NCBI GenBank assembly: GCA_022739095.1 | Contig: JAIJEI010000001.1 | Coordinates: 102 to 64,101 of the forward strand | DNA: 64,000 bases | Source of the DNA: Bifidobacterium sp. | GTDB lineage: Bacteria > Actinomycetota > Actinomycetes > Actinomycetales > Bifidobacteriaceae | Direction: 5' to 3' | Part shown: positions 46,864-57,060 of the stretch, piece by piece | Position numbering within the stretch: the stretch's first letter is position 1 | Layout: each line of letters begins with the position of its first letter | Translations under genes and position numbers: made by a program | The notes under the pieces: model-generated | What the model was told of the DNA's origin: nothing | The model's database searches: none | Seen by the model: only the letters and a program-made list of their open reading frames with translations

Positions 46864-48537
46864 TCATTTGGATGATGTGGATGATTCGACCAGCGGATTG
46901 CCTTCGCTGTCATACCCGTCCAACCCGGCGCGGGCATCGCGCAGAGCGCGTTCTTCCCGCTCCAGCAGCGGAATCACCGTGGTTTGGGCACTCGAGGCTC
47001 CGTGCTGAACGAGACTGTCCGGAGTATCGTCATCCACCGTATCGCCGGTCGGGCCGGCGGATTGAGACTCAGGGGGAGCGTCGGTTGACGTCGTGCCGCT
47101 ATGCCCGTTCATATTGAGGAGCTCCTTCAGCGTGATTGTCACCGAAGAATGGGAAGCGCCATGTGAGGGCTGCGGTTTGGTCGATCCCGTACCGGTTGCG
47201 GTGCCGGAGACACTCGCTTGCGGGTGATTGGCGGTCCGGTCAGCATCGGGTTCGACTTCCGGGGTAAGATCCACGTCGCCAGCGGCCACGATGTCAGCGG
47301 AACCGGTGCGATCTGGATCAGGCGTGTCGTCCGAGACCTCGGCCGCCGCGGTACCGGTTTCGGACTGCTGCGGTTGTGCGGGTACCTGTGTGGCGGGTGC
47401 CTGATGACGGTCGTCCTGCAACAATGTGCCGACGGTGATTGTGGAAGGCGAACCGGGCTTCGTCGACGATGCGGCAGCCGACTCTGCGGCTGGGGCCGGT
47501 GCCGGAGTGTGCTTGATCACGCCCAGCTGGTGTGCGAGTCGTTCGACCTGTGCCTTGAACTGCATGATGCGATTGTTGTCCGCACGGTTCAACGCCTGAA
47601 TGAATTCGCCCACCTGTTCCATCTGCAGCCACAGGTTGGCCCTGAGCATGATGAGATCGTCAAGTCGAGAGCCCATCATGCGGCCGTATGCGGAAAGCAC
47701 GGCGTTGCGATGGGATTCGTCGAGCTTGCCGAAAATCCAGGCAAGGTCTCGTGCCGGATCGTTGACCTGCATATCCTGCCAGTTGGTCACCGTGGTGATG
47801 GTGGAACCGGAGAACAGGAAGTCACCGTCGGAGAATCCGCCGTGAACCGTGCAGGTGGAGAACGACCATAGTCCCTCGGTGTCCATGATGCGCGCCCAGC
47901 TGTCGGTGATTTCTTGGGGAACATGACCGGCGGAGCGTAAGCGGCGAATCCAGGCGGTCAGCTGCGAACGAATCTGACCGGTGGTGACTGCCGGATATTT
48001 GGCATTGGCCAGAAAAGTCGAAGGCAGACGATGAATGGCTCCGATGGCGGTGCCGACGGCCGCGCAGTCATCCAATGTCAACAGGTCGAGAGGACGCGCC
48101 TGTCCATCACGGTGGACGGCGATCATCACGGTCGTCTCGCCTGTGGGACCGGGCTTGCGCGGGGTCAGCGGTGTGGACTCCGCCTGGGCCTGTTGCCCCA
48201 TGGCCTGTGCGGTGGCCGTCTGGCCGGGTTGGGAAACGTCTCCCGGGACGAATGCGACAACACGGTCTATATCGAAGCCGAGGCCACCGGGCTCACGCGC
48301 GGCTGCCAGTGTCTGCGCCGCTTTCACACGGCGGATCAGACGTGTACGCCCTTCCTTGGTGTCAGTGGCGTATACGTCGTACAACTTGCCCGAGGCATCT
48401 TGGATCACGGTCTGATCGATGCCTTTGGCCTCGTCGGTTGCGCTGGCCTGCACGTTCTCGCGTACGCCGGCCACCCCCAGATTCGGCAGGACGGCTGAGG
48501 CGAGTGCCGCCAACATATAATCGCTACGTTTCATCAC
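46864..48537 (-). CDS. Aminoglycoside-phosphotransferase-fold protein with low-complexity C-terminus
   Basis: IGAIHRLP, VHGGF, DPARDLAW; S/T/A/P-rich tail. Confidence 0.8.
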   Translation of the reverse strand: MMKRSDYMLAALASAVLPNLGVAGVRENVQASATDEAKGIDQTVIQDASGKLYDVYATDTKEGRTRLIRRVKAAQTLAAAREPGGLGFDIDRVVAFVPGDVSQPGQTATAQAMGQQAQAESTPLTPRKPGPTGETTVMIAVHRDGQARPLDLLTLDDCAAVGTAIGAIHRLPSTFLANAKYPAVTTGQIRSQLTAWIRRLRSAGHVPQEITDSWARIMDTEGLWSFSTCTVHGGFSDGDFLFSGSTITTVTNWQDMQVNDPARDLAWIFGKLDESHRNAVLSAYGRMMGSRLDDLIMLRANLWLQMEQVGEFIQALNRADNNRIMQFKAQVERLAHQLGVIKHTPAPAPAAESAAASSTKPGSPSTITVGTLLQDDRHQAPATQVPAQPQQSETGTAAAEVSDDTPDPDRTGSADIVAAGDVDLTPEVEPDADRTANHPQASVSGTATGTGSTKPQPSHGASHSSVTITLKELLNMNGHSGTTSTDAPPESQSAGPTGDTVDDDTPDSLVQHGASSAQTTVIPLLEREERALRDARAGLDGYDSEGNPLVESSTSSK

Positions 48538-48679
48538 CCTTCCACACTAATACATCCGTGGCGATTCGCACCGCAGAATGACACGCAAAACGCATGATTC
48601 TGGCGATGATTTGTCGTGAGACCGATTCAGCCATAGGCGTGAGTCGTGCCGTGAGCGCGAATCGTGCCACAATGGACGC

Positions 48680-50254
48680 ATGGAACAGGCGCAGGGGATT
48701 CTTGAGGGGCTCGATGAGCGGCAGCGTACCGCCGCGACTACGTTGCAAGGTCCGGTGCGCATCATCGCAGGCGCAGGTGCAGGTAAAACCCGCACGGTCA
48801 CGCGGCGGATCGCCTATGCCTGCGCCACCGGGGCATGGAAGCCGGAGCGGGTGCTTGCTGTCACCTTTTCGGTAAAAGCGGCGGCGGAAATGCGCGCACG
48901 GTTGGGCCAGCTCGGCGTAGGGGGAGGTACCGGACGTTCCGGTTCGGGTGCGGGAACTGCCGGAGTCACGGCCGCGACGTTCCACTCAGCGGCATTGCAT
49001 CAGCTCAACAGCGTCTGGGCAGACATATGCGAGGCTCCATTCCCGCATGTGATCGAAGATCAGCGTGACATCGTCTCCCGCGCGATCATCCGTGCCACCG
49101 CACGTACCGATGCCAATCCGCTGACCGTTCGCGATGTGCTCGCCGAAATCAATTGGGCCAAAATCTCGTTGGTGGCGGTGGAAGATTATGCCCGGGCATG
49201 TGCCATCGCCCATCGGCAGCCGCCCGCCGGACTTGACACTGCTCGGTTCGCCGACGTCTACAGCGCCTACGAGCAGGAAAAGACCTCGCGTGGCGAAATC
49301 GATTTTGACGATATTCTGCTGCTCGTATGCCATATCATGGATGATTTTCCCGAAGCCGCCGCCCAAATTCGTTCCACCATCGGCTGGCTCACCGTTGACG
49401 AGTATCAGGACGTCTCGCCTCTGCAACACAGGCTGCTGACCCTGTGGCTGGGCGGGGGAGGGTCTGACGGCAAGAGCGCAATGAACCGCAACGTATGCGT
49501 CGTGGGCGATCCGGCCCAGACCATCTACTCGTTTGCCGGTGCCTCCAGCTGGGATCTGGTGCGTTTCGCCGATGAATTCGGGCCGCTCGCCGCCGATGTC
49601 AATCTCAGCACCGACTATCGTTCGACGCCGGAAGTCGTGAATCTCGCCAACCGGGTGCTTGCGGCCGCGCCGAACCGTGAGGATTACCTGAAACTGGTTT
49701 CCGCCCGCGAATCCGGCCTGTGCGTTACCCGAACCGCTTATGAGAGCGATATGGAAGAGGCACAGGGCGTGGCGGCACGCATCGCCCGGTTGGTCGTCAA
49801 CGGAGCCAAGCCGTCCGATTGCGCGATTCTCACCCGCATCAACGCCCAACAGCCGGTATTCGGTGCCGCTTTGCGCGCTGCGAGACTGAAATACCGCGTT
49901 CGTAAGGATTCGGGATGGCAATCATCCGCACTCGCCGACGATGCCGCGTCCAAACGTGCGCTATTGGAGGCGATGGGTTTGGACGCCACCGGACTTGCCG
50001 CAAACGACGATCCCGGCGTTACGATTTCCACGATTCACGCATCCAAGGGTCTGGAATTCAAGCACGTGTTCCTGATCGGCTGTTCGGAAGGACTCTTGCC
50101 GTACGGTTCGCCGGAAACGGGGGATGCGCTGGAAGAGGAACGCCGGCTTATGTATGTGGGTATCACTCGAGCTGAGGATTCGCTGCATTTGTCGTATGCG
50201 CGGACCAAGGATGGTTATGGAGCGCAACACAGACGCCCATCACGATTTTTGTGA
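48680..50254 (+). CDS. UvrD/PcrA-family helicase (UvrD2-like, short)
   Basis: AGAGAGKT, VDEYQD, VGDPAQTIY, YRS, STIHASKGLEF, EERRLMYVGITRA. Confidence 0.92.
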   Translation: MEQAQGILEGLDERQRTAATTLQGPVRIIAGAGAGKTRTVTRRIAYACATGAWKPERVLAVTFSVKAAAEMRARLGQLGVGGGTGRSGSGAGTAGVTAATFHSAALHQLNSVWADICEAPFPHVIEDQRDIVSRAIIRATARTDANPLTVRDVLAEINWAKISLVAVEDYARACAIAHRQPPAGLDTARFADVYSAYEQEKTSRGEIDFDDILLLVCHIMDDFPEAAAQIRSTIGWLTVDEYQDVSPLQHRLLTLWLGGGGSDGKSAMNRNVCVVGDPAQTIYSFAGASSWDLVRFADEFGPLAADVNLSTDYRSTPEVVNLANRVLAAAPNREDYLKLVSARESGLCVTRTAYESDMEEAQGVAARIARLVVNGAKPSDCAILTRINAQQPVFGAALRAARLKYRVRKDSGWQSSALADDAASKRALLEAMGLDATGLAANDDPGVTISTIHASKGLEFKHVFLIGCSEGLLPYGSPETGDALEEERRLMYVGITRAEDSLHLSYARTKDGYGAQHRRPSRFL

Positions 50255-50322
50255 CGGGCGTCGGTAATGCATGTGAATGTTCCTGAACGTTCAGGAACGG
50301 GAATTGGCTGAAGGCCGATTGG

Positions 50323-52068
50323 CTATGCCTGCGTATCCTCCGAGTTGCCGTTGCCGCCATCTTCTCCGTCTTCGCCGAGAAGCTTGGACAGTTCGGCATC
50401 CCAGTCGATATCGCCGGTCTTGCCATCTGCGGCAGGGTGGGAAGCGGAACCGTTGGCTTCGGAAGAAGAGTCTGAAGGAGCGTCGGACGACGGAGACGCG
50501 CCATCTGCGGGCTTGTCGCCGGGCAGCGAAGGCAGCAGATCGGGATGCGACCACTTGGCGTCACGGCCTTCAGGGCCTTCGGCGGCGGTAATCATCTCCC
50601 ACAATCCGGCGGCCTCGCGCATGCGCTTGGGACGCAGCTGCAAACCGAGCAGACTTTCGAACGTACGCTCGGCGGGACCACCCATCGCGCGCTCGCGGCG
50701 CATCATCTCACGCAATTGTTCGACATGAGGCAGATGGGCCATACCAGCGCGCCACACCACGCAATCCACCCAGCCCTCGACCATTGCCAGAAGCGTTTCC
50801 AGCGAAGCCAGTGCCTCGCGCTGTTCGGGAGTGTCGGGAATGCCGACCTTGGTGAGATTCACCGCGCCGGAAATCGACTCCGGATCCATCGACGTGGCGT
50901 CACGCAGCTGTTCCTCCATCGCATCCAGATCGATGGAGATGCCGCGTGCGTACTTGCCGATGAGCGCCTCGAAACGCGACATCAGCCACGGTACCGAGGC
51001 ATACAGGCGGGCGTGAGCCATTTCCTGCAGGGCCAGGAAGGAAAGCACCTCAGATTCGGGGATTTTCTCGGTGGTCTCGAATCCGGAGAGCGCAGCCTCG
51101 AACGCGGCGGCGTCGGCGGCGTCAGCGGAAGCATCAGAGCCGGAGACTTGGGCGGTACCGTCAGTTGCCGGAGTATCGCTGTTGTCGGCCGAAGTGAAGC
51201 CAATGGGATTGGCGGAAGCGTCGGTGGATGTGGAGAACGGATTGACCGAGTCGGTTGAAGTGCCGGCCGCATCGGCCTCGGGCGCAGGAGTCTCACCGTT
51301 CAGCATCTTCGCGTATTCGGTGGCGTTCTGGGCAATCAGTCCACCAGCCGGATTCTTCAGCAATGCGATGCCCTGATCGAAACTGCCATGCACTTCATGG
51401 CTCAGATTGCCGGCCGCATGCCCCAACTGCATGGCAAAGGACGTGTTGCCCAGCAGCTTCATCAGTTGGGCTGGATCTTTCATGCCGTCGGGAATCGGAA
51501 TCGGCACCGGCCCGGCGAACATGCCGGCAATCTCGCCATCGCCGAACGCGCCGCCAAGACGCTCCGAAATCACCGAAGCCAAAGCGTCGTTCATCGACTC
51601 GGCCACAGGAGCTGCGAACTTCGCCCACTGGTCGATGGTGCCCTCCACCCAGCCGGCGCGGGTCAGCACATCCGGATCGCCGGGCGCGGGATTGAACTCG
51701 CAGGCGGTATCCAGCCACAGGTTCGCCTCACTCATCGCACGGCGAGCCGCCTCGCCATCCACGGCGGACACGCTGGATGCAGAACCGGAGGCGTTGGCCT
51801 GCTGCAAGGCAATCGACTTGGCGAGCTTGACGTTGATCGGCCCTTCCTCGACAGTGCGCTGCATATCGCCCATCGTGTTGAGTCCGCCGGCGCTGAACGC
51901 GGCCATCATCTGCTGGACTTCGGATGGATTGGGCAGTCGGCTGGGGTCCTGACTCATCAGCTGTTCACGGATCTCCTCAGGCAACTGGCTAATCTGCTGC
52001 CAGGCCATCTCACCCTGAATGGGGCCGAAGCATTTGATCAGCCACTCGTGAATCGCGTTGTCGTCCAT
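50323..52068 (-). CDS. Zincin-like putative hydrolase (DUF2342 type)
   Basis: QEMAHARL variant of HExxH, EGWVD, RRERAMGGPAERTF..GLQLRP. Confidence 0.82.
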   Translation of the reverse strand: MDDNAIHEWLIKCFGPIQGEMAWQQISQLPEEIREQLMSQDPSRLPNPSEVQQMMAAFSAGGLNTMGDMQRTVEEGPINVKLAKSIALQQANASGSASSVSAVDGEAARRAMSEANLWLDTACEFNPAPGDPDVLTRAGWVEGTIDQWAKFAAPVAESMNDALASVISERLGGAFGDGEIAGMFAGPVPIPIPDGMKDPAQLMKLLGNTSFAMQLGHAAGNLSHEVHGSFDQGIALLKNPAGGLIAQNATEYAKMLNGETPAPEADAAGTSTDSVNPFSTSTDASANPIGFTSADNSDTPATDGTAQVSGSDASADAADAAAFEAALSGFETTEKIPESEVLSFLALQEMAHARLYASVPWLMSRFEALIGKYARGISIDLDAMEEQLRDATSMDPESISGAVNLTKVGIPDTPEQREALASLETLLAMVEGWVDCVVWRAGMAHLPHVEQLREMMRRERAMGGPAERTFESLLGLQLRPKRMREAAGLWEMITAAEGPEGRDAKWSHPDLLPSLPGDKPADGASPSSDAPSDSSSEANGSASHPAADGKTGDIDWDAELSKLLGEDGEDGGNGNSEDTQA

Positions 52069-52201
52069 GCGTATCCTTCTTTGCCGCGGTGTGTTACCCC
52101 AAGTGTAGGGTCTGCCCGGGCCTGTTCGCGTGTGGCCGAGCAATATTTTCGGTTTATGTTCGTTTTCGGCTGATTTCGGCCCTCCGCCTACACTGTAGGG
52201 T

Positions 52202-53170
52202 ATGTTTGCACGCCACAGGAATCAGGAACCAGACCTCGTCCAGGAGCAGGAGAACCCGACTGCGGATTCGGAAGCGGGGGATGAGCGCATGCCATCGTTC
52301 GAAGTGAAGCATGATTCGCGTCTATCTCGTGGAATCAGCCGTGCTCGGGCCTATGCGGCCGCTCGTCCGAAACGCCATTTCGTCGGTGCATTCGCCGTGT
52401 TGCTTGGTGTGGTGATTCTGCTGCTGCCCAGTCCGTACGTCATCGAGATGCCCGGACCCACCCAGGACGTGCTGGGCAAGGTCGAGGATGGTGCGGTTAT
52501 CGACATCACCGGTACCGGCGTGACGATGTATAAGGATTCCGGCAAGTTGCTGCTGACCACGGTGAACGCGTCCGGCGTGCCCGGGTACCCGATCATCAAC
52601 GCGCAGGCCGTCTGGGGTTGGGCCGATCCGCAGGTGGAGGTCATGCCGCGCGAGGCCACGGTACCGGTGGGCCAGAGTGCGGACCAGTATCAGAAGAAAG
52701 TCGAACAAGACATGGCCGGCTCCCAGGATTCGGCCAGTGCCGTCGGTCTGGCGTATGCCAAAGCCCATGCGAACGAACTGGGCATTGACGCCAGCGCATT
52801 GCAACACGCCAAGGTGACGATGCACGTGGACAGCATCGGCGGGCCGTCCGCAGGCATGATGTACACGCTCGGTCTCATCGACAAACTCACCCCCGCCAAC
52901 GAGAGCGGCGGCAAGACCATTGCCGGCACCGGTACCATAGACAAGGACGGCAAAGTCGGCAGAATCGGCGGCATAGAGCTGAAGATGCTTGGCGCCAAGC
53001 GCGATGGCGCCACATGGTTCCTTGCTCCCGCATCGAATTGTTCGGATGTGGCCGGCCGCGTGCCGGATGGTCTGCGCGACGTCAAGGTCGCCACGCTGGA
53101 CGAGGCGTATCAGGCGTTGGTGGCCATCGGCAAGGGGCAGTCCGACGATTTGCCTCGTTGCGAGGCATGA
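52202..53170 (+). CDS. Lon-like S16 protease (YlbL family), membrane-anchored
   Basis: TM then PYVIEMPG; IGGPSAG catalytic Ser; IGGIELK catalytic Lys. Confidence 0.87.
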   Translation: MFARHRNQEPDLVQEQENPTADSEAGDERMPSFEVKHDSRLSRGISRARAYAAARPKRHFVGAFAVLLGVVILLLPSPYVIEMPGPTQDVLGKVEDGAVIDITGTGVTMYKDSGKLLLTTVNASGVPGYPIINAQAVWGWADPQVEVMPREATVPVGQSADQYQKKVEQDMAGSQDSASAVGLAYAKAHANELGIDASALQHAKVTMHVDSIGGPSAGMMYTLGLIDKLTPANESGGKTIAGTGTIDKDGKVGRIGGIELKMLGAKRDGATWFLAPASNCSDVAGRVPDGLRDVKVATLDEAYQALVAIGKGQSDDLPRCEA

Positions 53171-53276
53171 CACGCGCGGCCAGTCGTTGTTTCCGGTGAG
53201 ACGACTCGCGTGGGTCTGCCCACAATGCGGCGATTTTCGGCCGCGTTAACGCATTTGTTCGCGAAGACTTGCTAAT

Positions 53277-53702
53277 GTGTCCCCTGTGAATCAAACGGCA
53301 TCACAGAACGCTGAAGAATTTGGTTTCGAGCCCGGCGATATCGTCCAGGAGTGGCTCTGGGACGACGACGTGGACGATTCCATTCGTGCCCAGATTGAAG
53401 AGCTCACGGGCGAGGATCTCGTGGACGAGGACTACGACTCCGCTGTGGACGGCATCATCGTATGGTGGCGCGACGGCGATGATGAGGATGAATTGTCCGA
53501 TACGATCGTTGACGCCTACGCGGTACTGGGCAATGACGGCCCGCTGTGGATACTGACTCCCAAGCCTGGCCGCCCGGGTGCCGCCAGCTCCTCAACCGTG
53601 CAGTCCGCCGCACAGACCGCCGGTATGAACGCCGCCACCCCGCTGACCGTCAGCTCGGACTGGAACGGCATCCGCCTGCGCGCATTCGGCAAGGGCCGCT
53701 GA
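53277..53702 (+). CDS. DUF3052 family protein
   Basis: VQEWLWDDDVD, WWRDGD, WILTPKPGR. Confidence 0.85.
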   Translation: MSPVNQTASQNAEEFGFEPGDIVQEWLWDDDVDDSIRAQIEELTGEDLVDEDYDSAVDGIIVWWRDGDDEDELSDTIVDAYAVLGNDGPLWILTPKPGRPGAASSSTVQSAAQTAGMNAATPLTVSSDWNGIRLRAFGKGR

Positions 53703-53863
53703 TAAGCCTCAGTCAATACGCTTGACTTTAAGCGTGTTGACTGGCGTCGCGTGCTGCGTAGTGCTGCTGGGCGTGAGAATGTCATCGCGATTGAGCGCCA
53801 CGGCACGCGTATGCGACACCACGTGTCGCGCAGTGCCGGCCATACGCTATTGTTGTCATTTGC

Positions 53864-53937
53864 GGGCGATTAGCTCAGTTGGTTAGAGCGCCACCTTTAC
53901 ACGGTGGATGTCACAGGTTCGAATCCTGTATCGCCCA
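53864..53937 (+). tRNA. tRNA-Val (TAC)
   Basis: GGGCGAT/ATCGCCC acceptor stem, TAGCTCAGTTGG D-arm, CCACC-TTTACAC-GGTGG anticodon arm, GGTTCGAATCC; CCA not encoded. Confidence 0.96.
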
Positions 53938-54169
53938 CTTTCACCTTTCATCGCTCCATACATTCCCCCTAATTCCATCGATATGAGTTGTGACGATATT
54001 CCCTGACAGTCTTCGGCAAGGGTTCTGAAATCTCAGTGAGATGCATGCAGAAGGAAGATTGAAGTACTGCTACAAAATCGTGAATTTCGGTCTTCTTGGT
54101 CAGATGCGTCTCAATAGTCACGTAAAGTTGTGGCAGAGTGTTTATATCCAGCAGGAGGTCGAATAGCCG

Positions 54170-55873
54170 ATGGCGCAGGAACTTCGTGAAGGGGACGGCA
54201 AGTCGGGCATCGCACGTGCGGGCAAGCGCAAGTGGGGGTATGACCCCGCTCAGGTGGACGCTTTCCTGGAGCGCGCCCATGCTCTGTATGACAGCGAGGG
54301 CATGAATCTCACCCAGCATGACATTCAGAACGTGTCCTTTGATTTGCGCAAGAACGGCTATGTGATCGCACAGGTTGACGCCGCGCTTGGACGTCTGGAA
54401 CGTGCCGTGGTCGATAGGCAGACCACATGGGAGATCGCACAGTATGGGCGTGTGACGTGGAAGGCGAAGACCGAGAAGCTGTATCACGAAGTCCAGAACC
54501 ATGCGGAGCGTAACGAGCGCGAACGCTTCAAGTCCGGAGCGCCCAAGCAACCTTCGTACGATAAGAAGCAGGTGGATCGTCTGGTCGACCAGATTGTGGA
54601 CAAGGCGGCGGCCGCATTGGGCGTTGACGGCGTTACCGAAGACGATGTACGGTCTTTGGCCGATCTCGATGCGAATACGGTCAACAATGTGATCTTCACC
54701 CAGCGCAAGGGCAAGAAAGGCTATGACGAGCGACAGGTCGATTACTTCCTGAACGCCTGCGTGCAGTTGCTGAGTCGCTTGGAATCCTATGCCCGTGTGG
54801 CCGATTTCGTGTCCGGCGAGCCTGCGGCTCCTGCCCAGACCGCCACGAACGTGACCGTTCAAGCGAACGGCGTCTCGCCATTGTTCGCTTCCGGAACGCA
54901 GCGCCCGGCAACTGACGAACGTTTTGCGCCGGCTGCCGTTGCTCGTGACGAATCATTCGATGCCCTGCATCAGGCCGAGCAGAGCTTGTTCACTGCTCCG
55001 GCTCCGGTTGTTCCCGCAGCGCCGGCCGCGGCGGCACCGATCGCCTATGCGCCGGCTCCTGCATCGTTCGATGCTTCCACAAGCACCAATGACACCAATG
55101 CGGAACAGCCGGTTTCCTTTGCTCCCGCAGCATACCCGGTACATGCGTCCAACGAGTCCGCGGCGAAGCCCGTCTCCGAGACGCCTTCCGTGGCTCCTAC
55201 CGCAGTTGCTGCGGCTGAGCCTCCCGTCAGTGCCCCGTCCGCGCCGGTTTCCGGTGTGACCGCTGGCAGCGCCCCCTCGTTTGCTCCGGCACAGGTGGCA
55301 CACGAACCCGCAGCTCCGTCATCGAACCCGTCGGTGTTCGCGGAACAGCCCGTGGATATGGTGCAGAACGATTCCTCTTTGGCCGCTCTCGCCCACATGG
55401 CTGCGGTTTCTCAGGAACTTCCGGCAGTGGATGCACCGTCCTTCGCTCCTAAGATGCCCAGCCTTGACACGCCGAATGCGCTGAAATTGAATGAGGTACC
55501 GGTTTCGGTTCCATCCCCGGCACCCTCCGCCCCGGCAGTACAGCCTGTGAATAGCACTGCTGACGAGGCTGCGTCCGCTGCCATGCCGGTCTCCTTTGCT
55601 CCCACCAGCAAGCCGGATCGTAACACGAACTCCATTCCGGTTCGCGCCTCCGATAGTCAGCCTGCAGACAGCACGATCTCCCGTCCGGCTGCGGAATCAT
55701 CTGAATACGTTGCCGCCTCCCACGACACGGAAGCAGCTCAGCCGTCACAGGATAAGCACGATTCCAACGATTCGTTCCCGCTGCTGTTCCCGTTTGTCGG
55801 TAACTTCGATTCGGATATCCCCGACCTGTCGTTCCCCACACTGAACAATGACGATACGAAGAAGGAACAGTGA
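54170..55873 (+). CDS. DivIVA-domain repeat protein with Pro/Ala-rich tail
   Basis: Four DivIVA-like repeats (GYDPAQVDAFL, GYVIAQVDAAL, YDKKQVDRLV, GYDERQVDYFL). Confidence 0.85.
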   Translation: MAQELREGDGKSGIARAGKRKWGYDPAQVDAFLERAHALYDSEGMNLTQHDIQNVSFDLRKNGYVIAQVDAALGRLERAVVDRQTTWEIAQYGRVTWKAKTEKLYHEVQNHAERNERERFKSGAPKQPSYDKKQVDRLVDQIVDKAAAALGVDGVTEDDVRSLADLDANTVNNVIFTQRKGKKGYDERQVDYFLNACVQLLSRLESYARVADFVSGEPAAPAQTATNVTVQANGVSPLFASGTQRPATDERFAPAAVARDESFDALHQAEQSLFTAPAPVVPAAPAAAAPIAYAPAPASFDASTSTNDTNAEQPVSFAPAAYPVHASNESAAKPVSETPSVAPTAVAAAEPPVSAPSAPVSGVTAGSAPSFAPAQVAHEPAAPSSNPSVFAEQPVDMVQNDSSLAALAHMAAVSQELPAVDAPSFAPKMPSLDTPNALKLNEVPVSVPSPAPSAPAVQPVNSTADEAASAAMPVSFAPTSKPDRNTNSIPVRASDSQPADSTISRPAAESSEYVAASHDTEAAQPSQDKHDSNDSFPLLFPFVGNFDSDIPDLSFPTLNNDDTKKEQ

Positions 55874-57060
55874 GCATAGCCTCCAACTCCACCGTCATCA
55901 TTCTCGGATCCACCGGATCCATCGGCACCCAAGGACTTGACGTCATCTCGCGTCACCCTGAACGATTTACCGTCACCGGTCTGGCGGCGGGCGGAGCGCA
56001 TATCGAGCTGCTGGCGCAACAGGCCGCACAGTTCCATGTGCCCGAAGTCGCGGTGTTTGATGAGACCAAGGTTCCAGCACTGCAAACAGCTCTCGCACAG
56101 GCCGGCGCACAAGGAGTCCGCGTGACCGGCGGTCCGGATTCGGTCATCGCCATGGCCGGCTCCGGTGCGAATGTCGTATTGAACGGCATCACCGGCTCCA
56201 TCGGCCTCGAACCGTCGATCGCGGCGCTCAAGGCCGGTTCCCAGCTGGCATTGGCCAACAAGGAGTCCGTAGTCGCGGGCGGGCATCTGCTGTTCAGCGC
56301 CCAAGTGCGCGAGAACCAGATCAACCCGGTCGATTCCGAACATTCCGCCATCTGGCAATCCCTGCGCTCCGGCACCCACGCCGAAGTCGCCAAGCTTGTG
56401 GTCACCGCCTCCGGCGGCCCATTCCGCGGCTGGAAGCGTGCCGGCATGGAGAACATCACTCCCGAGCAGGCGCTGCATCATCCGACGTGGAACATGGGGC
56501 CGGTCGTCACTATCAACTCCTCCACACTGATGAACAAGGGCCTCGAAGTCATCGAGGCGTCCCGCTTGTTCAATGTGCCGCCTGAACGCATCGACGTGAC
56601 CGTGCACCCGCAGTCCATCGTCCATTCCATGGTCGAATTTGTGGACGGTGCCACGATTTGCCAGGCTTCGCCGCCAGACATGCGTCTGCCCATCGCGCTA
56701 GGCCTGTCCGCGCCGGACCGCATGACCAATGTGGCCGCCGCGTGCGACTGGACGCAAGCCGCAACTTGGACCTTCGAACCGTTGGACGATGAGGCGTTCC
56801 CCGCCGTGCAACTGGCCCGCCACTGTCTGGCCGCCTCCGAGAAGCATACGGCGGTGCTCAATGCTGCCAACGAACAGGCCGTGCATGCCTTCCTCGAGCA
56901 TCGTCTGCCATACCTCGGCATCGTTGACACGGTCAAAGCCGTGCTGGATCAGATGGACGCCGAGCTTCGTGGTAACCCGCTGTTCGCGGACGTGGAGGAA
57001 ATGAACCAGCTTGAGCTTGAAGCCCGCCGACGCGCCGACAACCTGATAAACAAGCAATGA
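55870..57060 (+). CDS. dxr: 1-deoxy-D-xylulose-5-phosphate reductoisomerase
   Basis: [39 protein letters not shown]. Confidence 0.96.
   Translation: MSIASNSTVIILGSTGSIGTQGLDVISRHPERFTVTGLAAGGAHIELLAQQAAQFHVPEVAVFDETKVPALQTALAQAGAQGVRVTGGPDSVIAMAGSGANVVLNGITGSIGLEPSIAALKAGSQLALANKESVVAGGHLLFSAQVRENQINPVDSEHSAIWQSLRSGTHAEVAKLVVTASGGPFRGWKRAGMENITPEQALHHPTWNMGPVVTINSSTLMNKGLEVIEASRLFNVPPERIDVTVHPQSIVHSMVEFVDGATICQASPPDMRLPIALGLSAPDRMTNVAAACDWTQAATWTFEPLDDEAFPAVQLARHCLAASEKHTAVLNAANEQAVHAFLEHRLPYLGIVDTVKAVLDQMDAELRGNPLFADVEEMNQLELEARRRADNLINKQ

Noticed and set aside
46864..48537. Antibiotic resistance gene
   Set aside because: Core-genome context and apparent loss of catalytic aspartates
53864..54169. 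tRNA-anchored genomic island
   Set aside because: No integrase and no duplicated tRNA 3' end seen; flanked by core-type genes
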